A stretch of 64,000 nt of DNA, taken from Candidatus Latescibacterota bacterium (GTDB lineage: Bacteria > Latescibacterota > UBA2968). The notes below the pieces were generated by a model. That model searched no databases. It had not been told where the DNA came from and saw only the letters and a program-made list of their open reading frames with translations. Below, one piece after another: positions 1 to 9,288 of the stretch. The stretch is from assembly GCA_965116885.1 (NCBI GenBank), contig OZ220741.1, forward strand, positions 5,280,001 to 5,344,000. The letters are read 5' to 3'. Every line of letters starts with the position of its first letter. The first letter of the stretch is position 1. The translations under genes were made by a program, and so were the position numbers.

Positions 1-1
1 G

Positions 2-325
2 GTGGATTTGCCCATTCTGACAGGTGTTGATTTGCAAAGGGATAAGGATGGCTCCTGGGCAATTGCTCTGGCGGAATTTGTGACGGAATTGCAAATCCAC
101 ACGCCGGCATTTTGGCGCGAAATATCAGAAATTTGCACAGATAATCCCCATTCTGCTACGGTTTATCTGGTGGCCGATGATCTGGCCCTCAAAATGCGTT
201 TTGAAAACCCCGAAAAGCAGATTCGGAATTTCCGGGCCTACACCCAGACCTCATCTGGACTTGGCACAGATCTCGCGTATATTGACCTGCGCTATCGGGA
301 TCAAGTAATCGTGGGAAGGCGGTAG
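2..325 (+). CDS. ftsQ: Cell division protein FtsQ/DivIB, C-terminal part (5' truncated by window edge)
   Basis: Ends in the YIDLRY-DQVIV motif typical of the FtsQ C-terminus; lies directly upstream of ftsA-ftsZ. Confidence 0.8.
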   Translation: MDLPILTGVDLQRDKDGSWAIALAEFVTELQIHTPAFWREISEICTDNPHSATVYLVADDLALKMRFENPEKQIRNFRAYTQTSSGLGTDLAYIDLRYRDQVIVGRR

Positions 326-353
326 TAGTTCATTAGTGAAAGGGACCCACACG

Positions 354-1574
354 ATGGATCGGATTGTTGGACTCGATATTGGCTCCACCAAGATCTGTGT
401 TGTTGTAGCTGAAGTAGATGATGATGGCACGCTCAAAATCACGGGATTGGGTAGTAGCCCCTCTCAGGGCCTCAAGCGCGGTGTGGTGATCAATGTGGAA
501 AAGACCGTGCAATCTATCCGCACAGCTATAGAAGATGCTCAGGAAATGTCGGGGACGCACATCAGTGCTGTTTATGCGGGCATTGCCGGCGATCATATTC
601 GCAGCGTGAATACGCGGGCGGTTGTGGCCGTGTCGGGACCGGACAACGAAATTACGGCCAATGATGAAGAACGCGCAATTGAAGCGGCCAAAGCGGTATC
701 TATTCCCATGGACAGGGAAATTGTGCACGTGCTGCCACAATCTTTTGTCGTTGACGATCAGCCCGGTATTAAAGATCCCATTGGCATGTCGGGCGTGAGA
801 CTCGAAGTCGATGTACACATCGTAACCGGCGCTGTGACTTCAGCACAGAATATCTGCAAAAGTATCCGACGCGCAGGTGTAGAAGTGGTGGATCTGGTAC
901 TTGAACCCATTGCTTCGAGCTACGCGGTATTGACGCCTGACGAAGAGGAAATGGGCGTAGCATTGGTCGATGTAGGGGGTGGCACGACCGACCTCGCGGT
1001 GTTCTACGACGGTGCTATTCGTCATACAGCCGTTGTGGGATTGGGGGGAACAAATGTGACAAACGATATGGCTATTGGTTTGCGAACGCCCTGGAAACAA
1101 GCCGAAGCCATGAAGCGAGAAAGCGGCTGTGCATTACAGTCACTGGTCAGGCCCAACGATATGGTCGATGTGCTGGGTGTTGCTGGACGACCTTCTCGCG
1201 AGGTCTCTCGGGCGAAAATGGCCGCGATTATTGAGGCGCGTATGGAAGAAATTTTTGGACATATAAATCAGGAGATTCGCCGCACCGAGTATGCCGACCT
1301 GCTGGGGGCGGGCATCGTGCTCACAGGTGGAGGTTCAATGCTCCAGGGTTGTGCTGAACTGGCCAAAGAAATTTTTGACTTGCCCGTGACTATTGGCAAA
1401 CCCCGAGGGATAACGGGGCGAGCCAATGCCGTGAGCGAACCGCTCTATGCCACCGCTGTTGGACTGGCGCAATTTGGTCTGTTTCACCAAAATCGCGATT
1501 TTATATTCGATGATGGCGATTTTTTTGATTCAATTTTTGGTCGTATGAAAAACTGGGTTCAAAATTTTTTCTAA
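354..1574 (+). CDS. ftsA: Cell division protein FtsA
   Basis: VGLDIGSTK phosphate-1 motif, VDVGGGTT and VLTGGGS actin-fold motifs, C-terminal amphipathic helix (RMKNWVQNFF). ATG at 354 preferred over GTG at 336. Confidence 0.97.
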   Translation: MDRIVGLDIGSTKICVVVAEVDDDGTLKITGLGSSPSQGLKRGVVINVEKTVQSIRTAIEDAQEMSGTHISAVYAGIAGDHIRSVNTRAVVAVSGPDNEITANDEERAIEAAKAVSIPMDREIVHVLPQSFVVDDQPGIKDPIGMSGVRLEVDVHIVTGAVTSAQNICKSIRRAGVEVVDLVLEPIASSYAVLTPDEEEMGVALVDVGGGTTDLAVFYDGAIRHTAVVGLGGTNVTNDMAIGLRTPWKQAEAMKRESGCALQSLVRPNDMVDVLGVAGRPSREVSRAKMAAIIEARMEEIFGHINQEIRRTEYADLLGAGIVLTGGGSMLQGCAELAKEIFDLPVTIGKPRGITGRANAVSEPLYATAVGLAQFGLFHQNRDFIFDDGDFFDSIFGRMKNWVQNFF

Positions 1575-1698
1575 AAAATTTCATCTTTACTAATGTTGTG
1601 CTCTGCGCCCAACCCCACACTTCCCCGGTTGGGGGGTTGGACGAACTGACAGTTAATAGCCTATCATTTTCTACCCGTTGTTCAAAGAGGGGGTTCTC

Positions 1699-2964
1699 AT
1701 GGTTACTTTTTCGATTGTTGACGCCGATAGCCAGGCCAAAATCCGAGTCGTAGGCGTCGGAGGGTCAGGTGGCAATGCAATCAATCGCATGATTGAGTCG
1801 GGGTTGCAGGGCGTTGAGTTTATTGCCATAAACACCGACGAACAAGATCTCGAACTTTCACAGGCGCCTCATTGCATTCAAATTGGGCGCGATGTGACAA
1901 AAGGGTTGGGCGCGGGTGCCAATCCTGAAATTGGCGCAGAGGCCATTGAAGAAAATCGCGACGAGGTCGGCGAAGCATTGGCCGGATCCGATATGGTTTT
2001 TGTGACCGCTGGTATGGGAGGCGGCACGGGCACGGGTGCAGCGCCCACCGTCGCCGAAATTGCTCGCGAAGCAGGCGCGCTCACTGTGGGCATTGTGAGT
2101 CTGCCTTTTAGAATGGAAGGCATGCCGCGCATGCGCAATGCTCAAGCGGGTATTGATTCCTTGAAAAGATCTTCTGATACAGTGATTATTATTCCCAATC
2201 AGCGGCTTTTAGAAATCAGTTCAGAAGATACAACACTGACAGAGGCATTTCTCATCGCCGATGATATTTTGTTGCAGGCCACGCGAGGCATTTCCGATTT
2301 GATCACCATACCCGGCGAGGTGAATCTCGACTTTAATGACGTGCGTACGGTAATGCAAGCCGGTGGTGATGCGCTGATGGGTACAGCCGAGGCTTCGGGT
2401 GAAGATCGGGCAATTACAGCAGCTGAAAAAGCATTGAATAGCCCATTGCTCGACAATGTATCTGTTGCAGGTGCTCAGGGGGTGCTGGTGAATATTTCGG
2501 CCAGCAGTGAACTGAAGCTGTTTGAAATGGATAAAGCAGTGAATCTCATTACCGATGCCGTGGGCCACGAAGCCAATATTATATGGGGCACGGTGCTCGA
2601 TGATAACCTCGGGGACGAAATGCGCGTCACAGTTATTGCTACGGGCTTTAATACTGGTTCACCGCCGAAGCCAAATGCGAACATTTCTTACTCGAAATTC
2701 ACGCCTGAACCTCCTGTTAGCACAGATATCCCCGCCTTTATACGCAAAATTGAATCTGAGAATACTGAGCCTACAGATACAGAGGCAGAAGTCGTGGAAA
2801 AAGTCGCGGAAAAACCCGAGAAAAAACCCGAGAAAAAACCCGAGAAAAAATTTGAGAAAACATTCGAGGAAAAACCCGAGGAAAAATCCAAAATCGACAC
2901 CATATCCCTAAACGATCTGCAATACCCCACATTTCTTCGCAGACAAAGGCAACAAGAAGGGTGA
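1699..2964 (+). CDS. ftsZ: Cell division protein FtsZ
   Basis: GVGGSGGNA, tubulin signature GGGTGTG, NLDFNDV T7 loop, C-terminal peptide [13 protein letters not shown] at 1699 follows AGAGGGG. Confidence 0.98.
   Translation: MVTFSIVDADSQAKIRVVGVGGSGGNAINRMIESGLQGVEFIAINTDEQDLELSQAPHCIQIGRDVTKGLGAGANPEIGAEAIEENRDEVGEALAGSDMVFVTAGMGGGTGTGAAPTVAEIAREAGALTVGIVSLPFRMEGMPRMRNAQAGIDSLKRSSDTVIIIPNQRLLEISSEDTTLTEAFLIADDILLQATRGISDLITIPGEVNLDFNDVRTVMQAGGDALMGTAEASGEDRAITAAEKALNSPLLDNVSVAGAQGVLVNISASSELKLFEMDKAVNLITDAVGHEANIIWGTVLDDNLGDEMRVTVIATGFNTGSPPKPNANISYSKFTPEPPVSTDIPAFIRKIESENTEPTDTEAEVVEKVAEKPEKKPEKKPEKKFEKTFEEKPEEKSKIDTISLNDLQYPTFLRRQRQQEG
2794..2889 (+). repeat. Eight degenerate 12-bp tandem repeats (consensus GAGAAAAAACCC, EKKP) in the FtsZ linker
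   Basis: Read directly: gtggaaaaagtc gcggaaaaaccc gagaaaaaaccc gagaaaaaaccc gagaaaaaattt gagaaaacattc gaggaaaaaccc gaggaaaaatcc. Confidence 0.9.
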
Positions 2965-3017
2965 AATAAGACGTGAGACGTAAGACGCAAGATGACGTAA
3001 GCTCCCCCTTGCGTCTT

Positions 3018-3902
3018 ATGCCCCCCCAAAAACAGGCATATATCTACGCAATTTCTGCCGTCTTTCTGTGGTCAACAGCGGCCACGGCATTTAAGTTATC
3101 TCTGCGCGTTTTAGATCCTATCCAACTTTTGTTCTACGCTGTACTTGCGTCGTCCATTGTTCTGGGCATAATTATAGTGGCTCAGGGCAAATGGTCGGCG
3201 ATTTTTTTGTGTACACGACGGCAGTATTTGCAATCCCTCGGATTGGGGTTGCTCAATCCGTGTGCCTACTATCTGGTGTTGCTGCGCGCTTATGACCTGC
3301 TACCCGCGCAGGAAGCGCAACCTCTGAATTACACCTGGGCAATAGCACTGGCACTATTATCCATTCCCCTTTTGAAACAGAAATTGACCCTGTGGGATGT
3401 GATTGGCGGGGTGGTGAGTTATGCGGGAGTATTTGTGATTTCTACTCGGGGCAATATAACGGGATTTCGATTTTCCAATCCTCTGGGAGTGGGACTGGCC
3501 CTTTTCAGCAGCTTTTTATGGGCACTGTACTGGATTTTCAATACACGGGATACGCGAGACCCTGTTGTGGGAATGTTTTTGAATTTTGTTTTTGCATTGC
3601 CCTTTGTGCTAACAATCTGCATCGTATTTTCAGATATTCAGATCAATATACAGGGATTATTCGGCGCTATTTACGTCGGATTATTTGAAATGGGCATCAC
3701 ATTTGTCCTGTGGTTATCGGCGATGAAGCTGACTACTCACACCGCGCGAATCGGGAATTTAATTTTTTTATCCCCATTCTTATCTCTCGTCTTTATCCAC
3801 TTTTTGGTGGGAGAAGATATATTTCCTTCCACTTATGTCGGGCTGACGTTGATCATCGCGGGCTTGATTGTACAACAAAGAAAGTCCCAAAGCGTTGCCT
3901 GA
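3018..3902 (+). CDS. DMT/EamA family transporter
   Basis: About 10 hydrophobic segments in two EamA-like halves (LWSTAATAFK, LNYTW, LSPFLS). Confidence 0.88.
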   Translation: MPPQKQAYIYAISAVFLWSTAATAFKLSLRVLDPIQLLFYAVLASSIVLGIIIVAQGKWSAIFLCTRRQYLQSLGLGLLNPCAYYLVLLRAYDLLPAQEAQPLNYTWAIALALLSIPLLKQKLTLWDVIGGVVSYAGVFVISTRGNITGFRFSNPLGVGLALFSSFLWALYWIFNTRDTRDPVVGMFLNFVFALPFVLTICIVFSDIQINIQGLFGAIYVGLFEMGITFVLWLSAMKLTTHTARIGNLIFLSPFLSLVFIHFLVGEDIFPSTYVGLTLIIAGLIVQQRKSQSVA

Positions 3903-4015
3903 ACTGCTTTACACGCTACACATTTGACCACTAAAGCCCGTCAAGCCCAATCCTTTAGGTTTGGGTTACCAAGGGCTTTGATTTTGGGTTTGCTTTAGCA
4001 TCCTGAACTTTCTAC

Positions 4016-4044
4016 TTGGCACCACACTATATATTTGTTAGATT
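4016..4044 (+). promoter_or_regulatory. Putative sigma70 promoter for tnpA (TTGGCA-N17-TAGATT)
   Basis: Spacing read directly; overlapped by the inverted repeat TTTGTTAGA...TCTAACAAA (about 4034-4065). Confidence 0.4.
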
Positions 4045-4075
4045 TTAATCATATATTCTAACAAAAGAGTTAGTT

Positions 4076-4489
4076 ATGGAGCTAAAAAGTCCTAATATGA
4101 AGTATCACACTTCGCATAGTGCAGTGTTCAGTTGTCATTATCACATTATTTGGTGTACTAAATTTCGTCGCCAAGTATTAGATGAAGATATGCAAAAGCG
4201 AATAAAAGAATTGGTGTTTGAAAAACAAGATGAGTATGGCTACGAAGTGCAAGCGTGTGAAGTGTTATCTGATCATGTCCATGTACTTTTGTCTATTCCA
4301 CCATCAGAGGCGGTAAGCCGTGTTGTGGGCAGGATTAAAGGTTATACCGCTCATGTTTTGCGGTCTGAATATCCAGCGTTAAAAAGCAGGTTGCCGTCTT
4401 TGTGGACTCGTAACAAGTTTGTAGCAACTGCTGGCGAAGTAACGCTTGAGGTTCTAAAACGATATGTAGAAAATCAAAAAGGTGTCTGA
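4076..4489 (+). CDS. tnpA: IS200/IS605 Y1 HUH transposase TnpA
   Basis: YHIIWCTKFRR, HUH motif DHVHVL, catalytic Tyr in KRYVENQ. Confidence 0.95.
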   Translation: MELKSPNMKYHTSHSAVFSCHYHIIWCTKFRRQVLDEDMQKRIKELVFEKQDEYGYEVQACEVLSDHVHVLLSIPPSEAVSRVVGRIKGYTAHVLRSEYPALKSRLPSLWTRNKFVATAGEVTLEVLKRYVENQKGV

Positions 4490-5616
4490 TGGACTATATC
4501 ACGCACAAATTTAAGTTGTATTCGCGTTGTGATCGCAACAAGTATCTCCATAGGGATATAGACGCTTTTGCTGGCGTGTATAACCATTTCATTGCCCTGC
4601 ACAAGCGATACTACCGCAGATTTGTCAAGTATCCGAACAAGTTTGCCCTGATGAAGCACCTAACGAAACTGAAACGGACAAAACGCTTTGCCCAGTGGTA
4701 TTTGCTCCCGAATCAGGCGTTGCAAAACGTGATAGAAAGGATTGATTTCGGATATGACAAGTTTTTCAAGCGGGAGAACAAGCGACCGCCGAAGTTTCGT
4801 AGCCCGTTCAGGTATAAGTCCTATACACTAAAAACTGCGGGGTATAAGTTTTTGGCGCGTAACAAGATACAGATTAGCTTCGGCATATCAGGCAAAACTA
4901 AGCGTGTATATCGGTATCACAAGAGTATGGACTTCGATGTAGAAAGTGTTAAGACGGTCACAATTAAACGTGATCGGGTAGGCGATTTGTGGTTGTGTGT
5001 TGTTGCAAGAGCAGATAGGTTCAAGCAGGATTTTGTCAAGACGGGTAAAACCGCAGGCTTTGATTTCGGCTTGAAAACATACCTTACTGCTTCGGACGGC
5101 ACAAGAATACAATCGCCTTTGTTTTTTTCTCGTAACATCAGAAAGGTCAAGAAGGCCAATCGCAATCTTTCTGGCAAGGATAAGGGGAGCAACAATCGCC
5201 AGAGCGCAAGCGTAAATCTTGCCAGAGTGCATCGGCGTGTTGCGAACCAACGGCGGGACTATCACTGGCGTCTTGCGTATCAACTATGCCGGGAGTATGA
5301 TTTCTTGTCCTTTGAGACGTTAAATATCAGGGCAATGCAGAAGTTGTGGGGCAGAAAGATTAGCGACCTGGGTTTCTCTGATTTTCTCACGATCGTTGCG
5401 TATGTTGCAAAAAAGACGGGTACAGGTTTCAAAAAACTTGATATGTGGGAAAAAACGTCTAAGACCTGCTCGGGTTGTGATACCGTGAAAGACGATCTCG
5501 AGTTGCGAGAGAGAACATTCCGTTGCGGCGAATGTGGTCTTGAGATAGATAGAGACCTCAACGCTGCAATAAACATTCACAGGTGGGGACATCCACCTAT
5601 GCAGGAGGCCGCGTAA
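4489..5616 (+). CDS. tnpB: RNA-guided endonuclease TnpB
   Basis: RuvC-I GFDFGLK, RuvC-II SFETLNI, Zn ribbon CSGC..CGEC, RuvC-III DRDLNAAINI; start overlaps the tnpA stop. Confidence 0.95.
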   Translation: MDYITHKFKLYSRCDRNKYLHRDIDAFAGVYNHFIALHKRYYRRFVKYPNKFALMKHLTKLKRTKRFAQWYLLPNQALQNVIERIDFGYDKFFKRENKRPPKFRSPFRYKSYTLKTAGYKFLARNKIQISFGISGKTKRVYRYHKSMDFDVESVKTVTIKRDRVGDLWLCVVARADRFKQDFVKTGKTAGFDFGLKTYLTASDGTRIQSPLFFSRNIRKVKKANRNLSGKDKGSNNRQSASVNLARVHRRVANQRRDYHWRLAYQLCREYDFLSFETLNIRAMQKLWGRKISDLGFSDFLTIVAYVAKKTGTGFKKLDMWEKTSKTCSGCDTVKDDLELRERTFRCGECGLEIDRDLNAAINIHRWGHPPMQEAA

Positions 5617-5730
5617 GACTGGGCTTGCATAGCCAGTAACGGCTGATGATCGCACAATCTCTGGCTAAAGCACCGAGAATCCCAATGCTTCAGCTTTGAG
5701 AGTATGTCAAATTAGTTTAATCCGATTCCA
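5560..5730 (+). ncRNA. Putative TnpB omega/reRNA (tnpB 3' end + right end + flanking guide); boundaries approximate
   Basis: Inferred from known TnpB biology; the scaffold would end at TCAA 5710 and the guide would begin ATTAGTTTAATCCGAT. Confidence 0.5.
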
Positions 5731-5753
5731 CAACGATTGATAAAGGAGGATTT

Positions 5754-7295
5754 ATGCCTGAACGTCCAAATATCCTGATTTTGCACAGTGACGAACACAG
5801 TTTTCGCTTTTTATCGGCGCGCAGCCGTGAGCGGGGTGGTGAACCCTGTCACACGCCCACATTGGACGGTTTGATTGCACAAGGCGTCAATTTCGACGCG
5901 GCCTATTGTCAGATGCCTCTGTGTACACCAAGCCGTATTTCAATGCTTACAGGGCGGCACGCCCATCGGTGTGGCGCGTGGTCCAATGGGTCGATTTTGG
6001 ATCCCGATTTGCCCACATTTGGCAGTCATTTTCGGGCCAATGGGTATGAAACAGCGGTCGTGGGCAAAACGCATTTGGGTGGATCTTTACAACACGCCGG
6101 ATTTGGCGCGCGGCCCTATGGCGATTTTGGTGGTCCCTGTTCTCACCAGCCCGACCCATTAAACAAAACAGGAGATGGTTTGCGAACGCGCACAGTCGAT
6201 GCGGGAATCAGCGAAGTGCCCGAATCACTCTTACAAGAAAATATGATCGCGCGCGAATCACTTGCGTGGCTGCGCGAACATCGCCATGCCAATCCCGACA
6301 AGCCCTGGTTGGTCTATACGTCATTTAGCCGCCCGCACTTCCCGTTGACTGCGCCGAAGAGGTTCTTCGACCGCTATTATCCCAAAGGGGTGACGCCACC
6401 CTGGGTGCGCCGCACAGGCGATAGTGCCGACCATCCGATGACAGTGGGCGCAATCAAGGGGTTTCGGACTGAAGAGATAGCCGAAGATGAAATGCTAAAA
6501 GCGCGCGCAGCTTATTTTGCAGCAGTCGATTTTTTGGACGAAATTTTGGGCGATTTTCTCGCCTTACTCGACCGCGATGGATTTTTGGATAACACAGTCA
6601 TTGTATATACATCAGATCACGGAGAACTGGTGGGCGAACACGGGATATGGTGGAAAAATACCTGGCACGAAGCCGCCGCTCACGTGCCTTTTATCTTTTC
6701 GCTTCCCGAACACCGCAACGGTAGCCTGAACGCACGAGAAATACGCACACCCGTAAGCCTCGCCGACCTCTTCCCCACGCTTTGCGGATTGGCGGGTCTA
6801 AATTGTCCGGATGGAGTAGATGGTGTGGATTTGACGGATGTACTAAAGGGAAAAACGAGTGCCGCGCTCGATAACCGCGCAGGCGTGATTACCGAATCGC
6901 CAAATCCCCGCTGGGGCAAAGGCACAGAGTTTCGTATGATTCGCTCCAGACAGTACAAGTATATCGCATTTCGAGATTGTGACGATCTCGCCTTCGACAT
7001 GGAAACCGATCCCGACGAACAACGCAATTTGCTAAAACACGATCCCGATAATGCCGACTTAAAAGCATTGCGGGAAGCAGTACTGGATAGATTTGACTTC
7101 GACGAAGTAGAAGCCCTGCGCGAAAAGCAAACCGCTGAATTGCGTGCCAAATATCCAGCGCGGGTAAAAATGCGAACCCCCAATCAAATTCTGCGGGGCG
7201 ACGGCAAATTGGTCGAAGTCGATACACCTCTGTACGCGTCCGAAGTGATCAGCGATGATCTCGCACGAGACTTTGACGATTATCCCGGTCGGTAG
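5754..7295 (+). CDS. Sulfatase (choline-sulfatase-like)
   Basis: PNILILHSDEH, formylglycine motif CTPSR-LTG, GKTH, SDHGE; SD AAGGAGG. Confidence 0.92.
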   Translation: MPERPNILILHSDEHSFRFLSARSRERGGEPCHTPTLDGLIAQGVNFDAAYCQMPLCTPSRISMLTGRHAHRCGAWSNGSILDPDLPTFGSHFRANGYETAVVGKTHLGGSLQHAGFGARPYGDFGGPCSHQPDPLNKTGDGLRTRTVDAGISEVPESLLQENMIARESLAWLREHRHANPDKPWLVYTSFSRPHFPLTAPKRFFDRYYPKGVTPPWVRRTGDSADHPMTVGAIKGFRTEEIAEDEMLKARAAYFAAVDFLDEILGDFLALLDRDGFLDNTVIVYTSDHGELVGEHGIWWKNTWHEAAAHVPFIFSLPEHRNGSLNAREIRTPVSLADLFPTLCGLAGLNCPDGVDGVDLTDVLKGKTSAALDNRAGVITESPNPRWGKGTEFRMIRSRQYKYIAFRDCDDLAFDMETDPDEQRNLLKHDPDNADLKALREAVLDRFDFDEVEALREKQTAELRAKYPARVKMRTPNQILRGDGKLVEVDTPLYASEVISDDLARDFDDYPGR

Positions 7296-7328
7296 AATAG
7301 TTAAGCGTTCAATTTTTTGGAGGTTGCA

Positions 7329-7733
7329 ATGACAGCTTTTTCTCGCGTTTCTGAAACACCACCCGCTTCACCTGATAAGATACGAGAATTCTTCTCATAT
7401 AAGTTGCGATGTGAGACCGATCCGTTTGATGTGAATGCAGATCTGGAAAATGGGATCGATAGTTTTGAGTTTATTGACGTGCGCGGTGAGGAAGACTATC
7501 TCAACGGTCACGCTGCTGGGGCTATTCACATTGATCACAATGATATGACCGAAGCGCGAATGGCTGAGTTCCCCAAAGATCGATTGCTCGTGGTGTACTG
7601 CTGGGGACCCGGGTGTAACGGCGCGACTAAAGCCGCTGTAAAATTGAGTGCCTTAGGATTTTCTGTAAAAGAAATGATCGGCGGGATTACCTATTGGAAA
7701 GAGGAAGGATATCCGGTAGTATCAGGGGTTTAG
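7329..7733 (+). CDS. Rhodanese-like domain protein
   Basis: IDVR, GHAAGA, VVYCWGPGCNG, MIGGITYW; SD GGAGG. Confidence 0.9.
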   Translation: MTAFSRVSETPPASPDKIREFFSYKLRCETDPFDVNADLENGIDSFEFIDVRGEEDYLNGHAAGAIHIDHNDMTEARMAEFPKDRLLVVYCWGPGCNGATKAAVKLSALGFSVKEMIGGITYWKEEGYPVVSGV

Positions 7734-8428
7734 GACATGGCCTGAGCTTGTATAAGCAAGTGGTCAAAGATGCGGTCGAAGACCGTAGCGGGCATTTTCT
7801 CGGGGTGAAATTGCACGCCAATAATGCGACCATCTGGCGTTTCGATACCCTCTATGACTCGATCCTCACTGCGGGCACTTATATTGAGTTCTTCGTCAAC
7901 CGTCTCGAGTCCTTGCAGGTGAAAGCTATTGGTCGTACATTCGGTCTTGCCCAGAATGGACGAGAGATGGGAATTGGGATTGATCGAAACTGTATGATAA
8001 ACAGGATCTTCAGTGCGCCCGGGTGAATGCGGATCGACATCGCATTGTATTTGAATATCGGCATAGATTGTGCCGCCAAATTGAGCGTTGATAAATTGCA
8101 TGCCATAGCAGATGCCCAAAACGGGCATCTGTTTTTTTTGCGCGTATTCAAAAGCGCGAATATCATTTTCATAGCGCGTGGGCGCAACCGGGGGCAGGTC
8201 TTTGGGCAACTTGCCAACCAGACCTTGCGTAATGCCGGGACCGCCAGTAATAATCAGGCCGTTGAGCAGGGCGAACAGCGGCGCGAGCGTTTCCTGTTCC
8301 TCTGTCATAGGCAGAATAAGAGGACAACCACCCGCGCGTTCTACAGCAATCACATACTCGTGATTTAGCGATTGCTGTTTACTCTGTGAAAGAAAGCTGG
8401 TCGTAATACCGATTATCGGACGTGACAT
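7730..8428 (-). CDS. Gamma-glutamyl-gamma-aminobutyrate hydrolase family (peptidase C26, PuuD-like)
   Basis: RPIIGIT start, GICYGMQ nucleophile elbow, NSFH, VQFHPE. Confidence 0.9.
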   Translation of the reverse strand: MSRPIIGITTSFLSQSKQQSLNHEYVIAVERAGGCPLILPMTEEQETLAPLFALLNGLIITGGPGITQGLVGKLPKDLPPVAPTRYENDIRAFEYAQKKQMPVLGICYGMQFINAQFGGTIYADIQIQCDVDPHSPGRTEDPVYHTVSINPNSHLSSILGKTECTTNSFHLQGLETVDEELNISARSEDRVIEGIETPDGRIIGVQFHPEKMPATVFDRIFDHLLIQAQAMS

Positions 8429-8470
8429 TTTAAAAATTGGATAGAATTGGCAACGCTTTTTACTTGATGA

Positions 8471-9280
8471 ATGCACAAATATGTAACATCATGGAATGAA
8501 GAACAAGGTAAAAATAAAAAACTTGAACGGGAGGCGGAAATGGACGCGGGAGATAAAGCGGCTGTTGAAGCCGCATGGAAGAACGGCGTAGGCGTCTTGC
8601 ACAACTTGCTCTCGCAAGATGAGCTGGATACAATCCGCCGGGAGTTAGAACAGGCGTACCTGGATTTGGATATGGGACCGGGTGAACCCGGCAGCCGGGA
8701 CAGTCTGCGAAATGAACCGCTGTTAAATTACCCCACTCTGGGCAGCTTATTTTCCCATCCTCGCATTCTGGGAATCGTATCGGCCATTCTGGATGAACCG
8801 CAGCCTTTTCTCTTGCAAATGAAAACCAACCGGTACACACCAGAACACAAAGGCGTGGGACGGCACTCAGACGGCAGCCCGACGGAACTCGCCACACCCT
8901 TTCAGTGGGTGGCAACGATGATTTACCTGGACGATATCGACGTCAATTCCGGAGCGTTGACCCACGTGCCGGGCACGCATCTGTACCATTTTGCATCTGC
9001 GTGCGACCCGGGCCGCGTACTGCCCACAAAAGAAGATATTCAGGCGGGTGACTACATGCCGATCGAACTAAAGGCGGGCAGCGTCGTCTTTCGCGTACCA
9101 GAGGTCTGGCACGGCGTAGTGCCCATCCATCGGTTGCGGCGATATATCACCGGTTTGTACACATCTCGAAAAAAGGGAAATGCGCCGATTAAAGAGCGTA
9201 TTCAGGAAGTTCGAAAAAGCCGGAAGCAAATCCCGGAGACATCCATACCCGAGCACATCAAAAAATACTGGCAGTATTAA
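8471..9280 (+). CDS. Phytanoyl-CoA dioxygenase (PhyH) family Fe/2OG oxygenase
   Basis: RHSD (HxD), IYLDD, GALTHVPGTH, distal His in VWHG. Confidence 0.85.
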   Translation: MHKYVTSWNEEQGKNKKLEREAEMDAGDKAAVEAAWKNGVGVLHNLLSQDELDTIRRELEQAYLDLDMGPGEPGSRDSLRNEPLLNYPTLGSLFSHPRILGIVSAILDEPQPFLLQMKTNRYTPEHKGVGRHSDGSPTELATPFQWVATMIYLDDIDVNSGALTHVPGTHLYHFASACDPGRVLPTKEDIQAGDYMPIELKAGSVVFRVPEVWHGVVPIHRLRRYITGLYTSRKKGNAPIKERIQEVRKSRKQIPETSIPEHIKKYWQY

Positions 9281-9288
9281 TCAGGGGA

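Larger units (their letters stand above)
3929..5710 (+). mobile_element. IS200/IS605-family insertion sequence (tnpA + tnpB), apparently complete
   Basis: TTGAC target at 3924-3928; left-end hairpin CCCAATCCTTTAGGTTTGGG preceded by GTCAA; right-end GAAT-CCCAATGCTTCAGCTTTGAG followed by AGTATGTCAA ending at 5710; no terminal inverted repeats, as expected for this family. Confidence 0.88.

Noticed and set aside
4489..5616. Cas12f/CRISPR effector
   Set aside because: No array or cas genes; coupled to tnpA inside IS ends, so it is TnpB.
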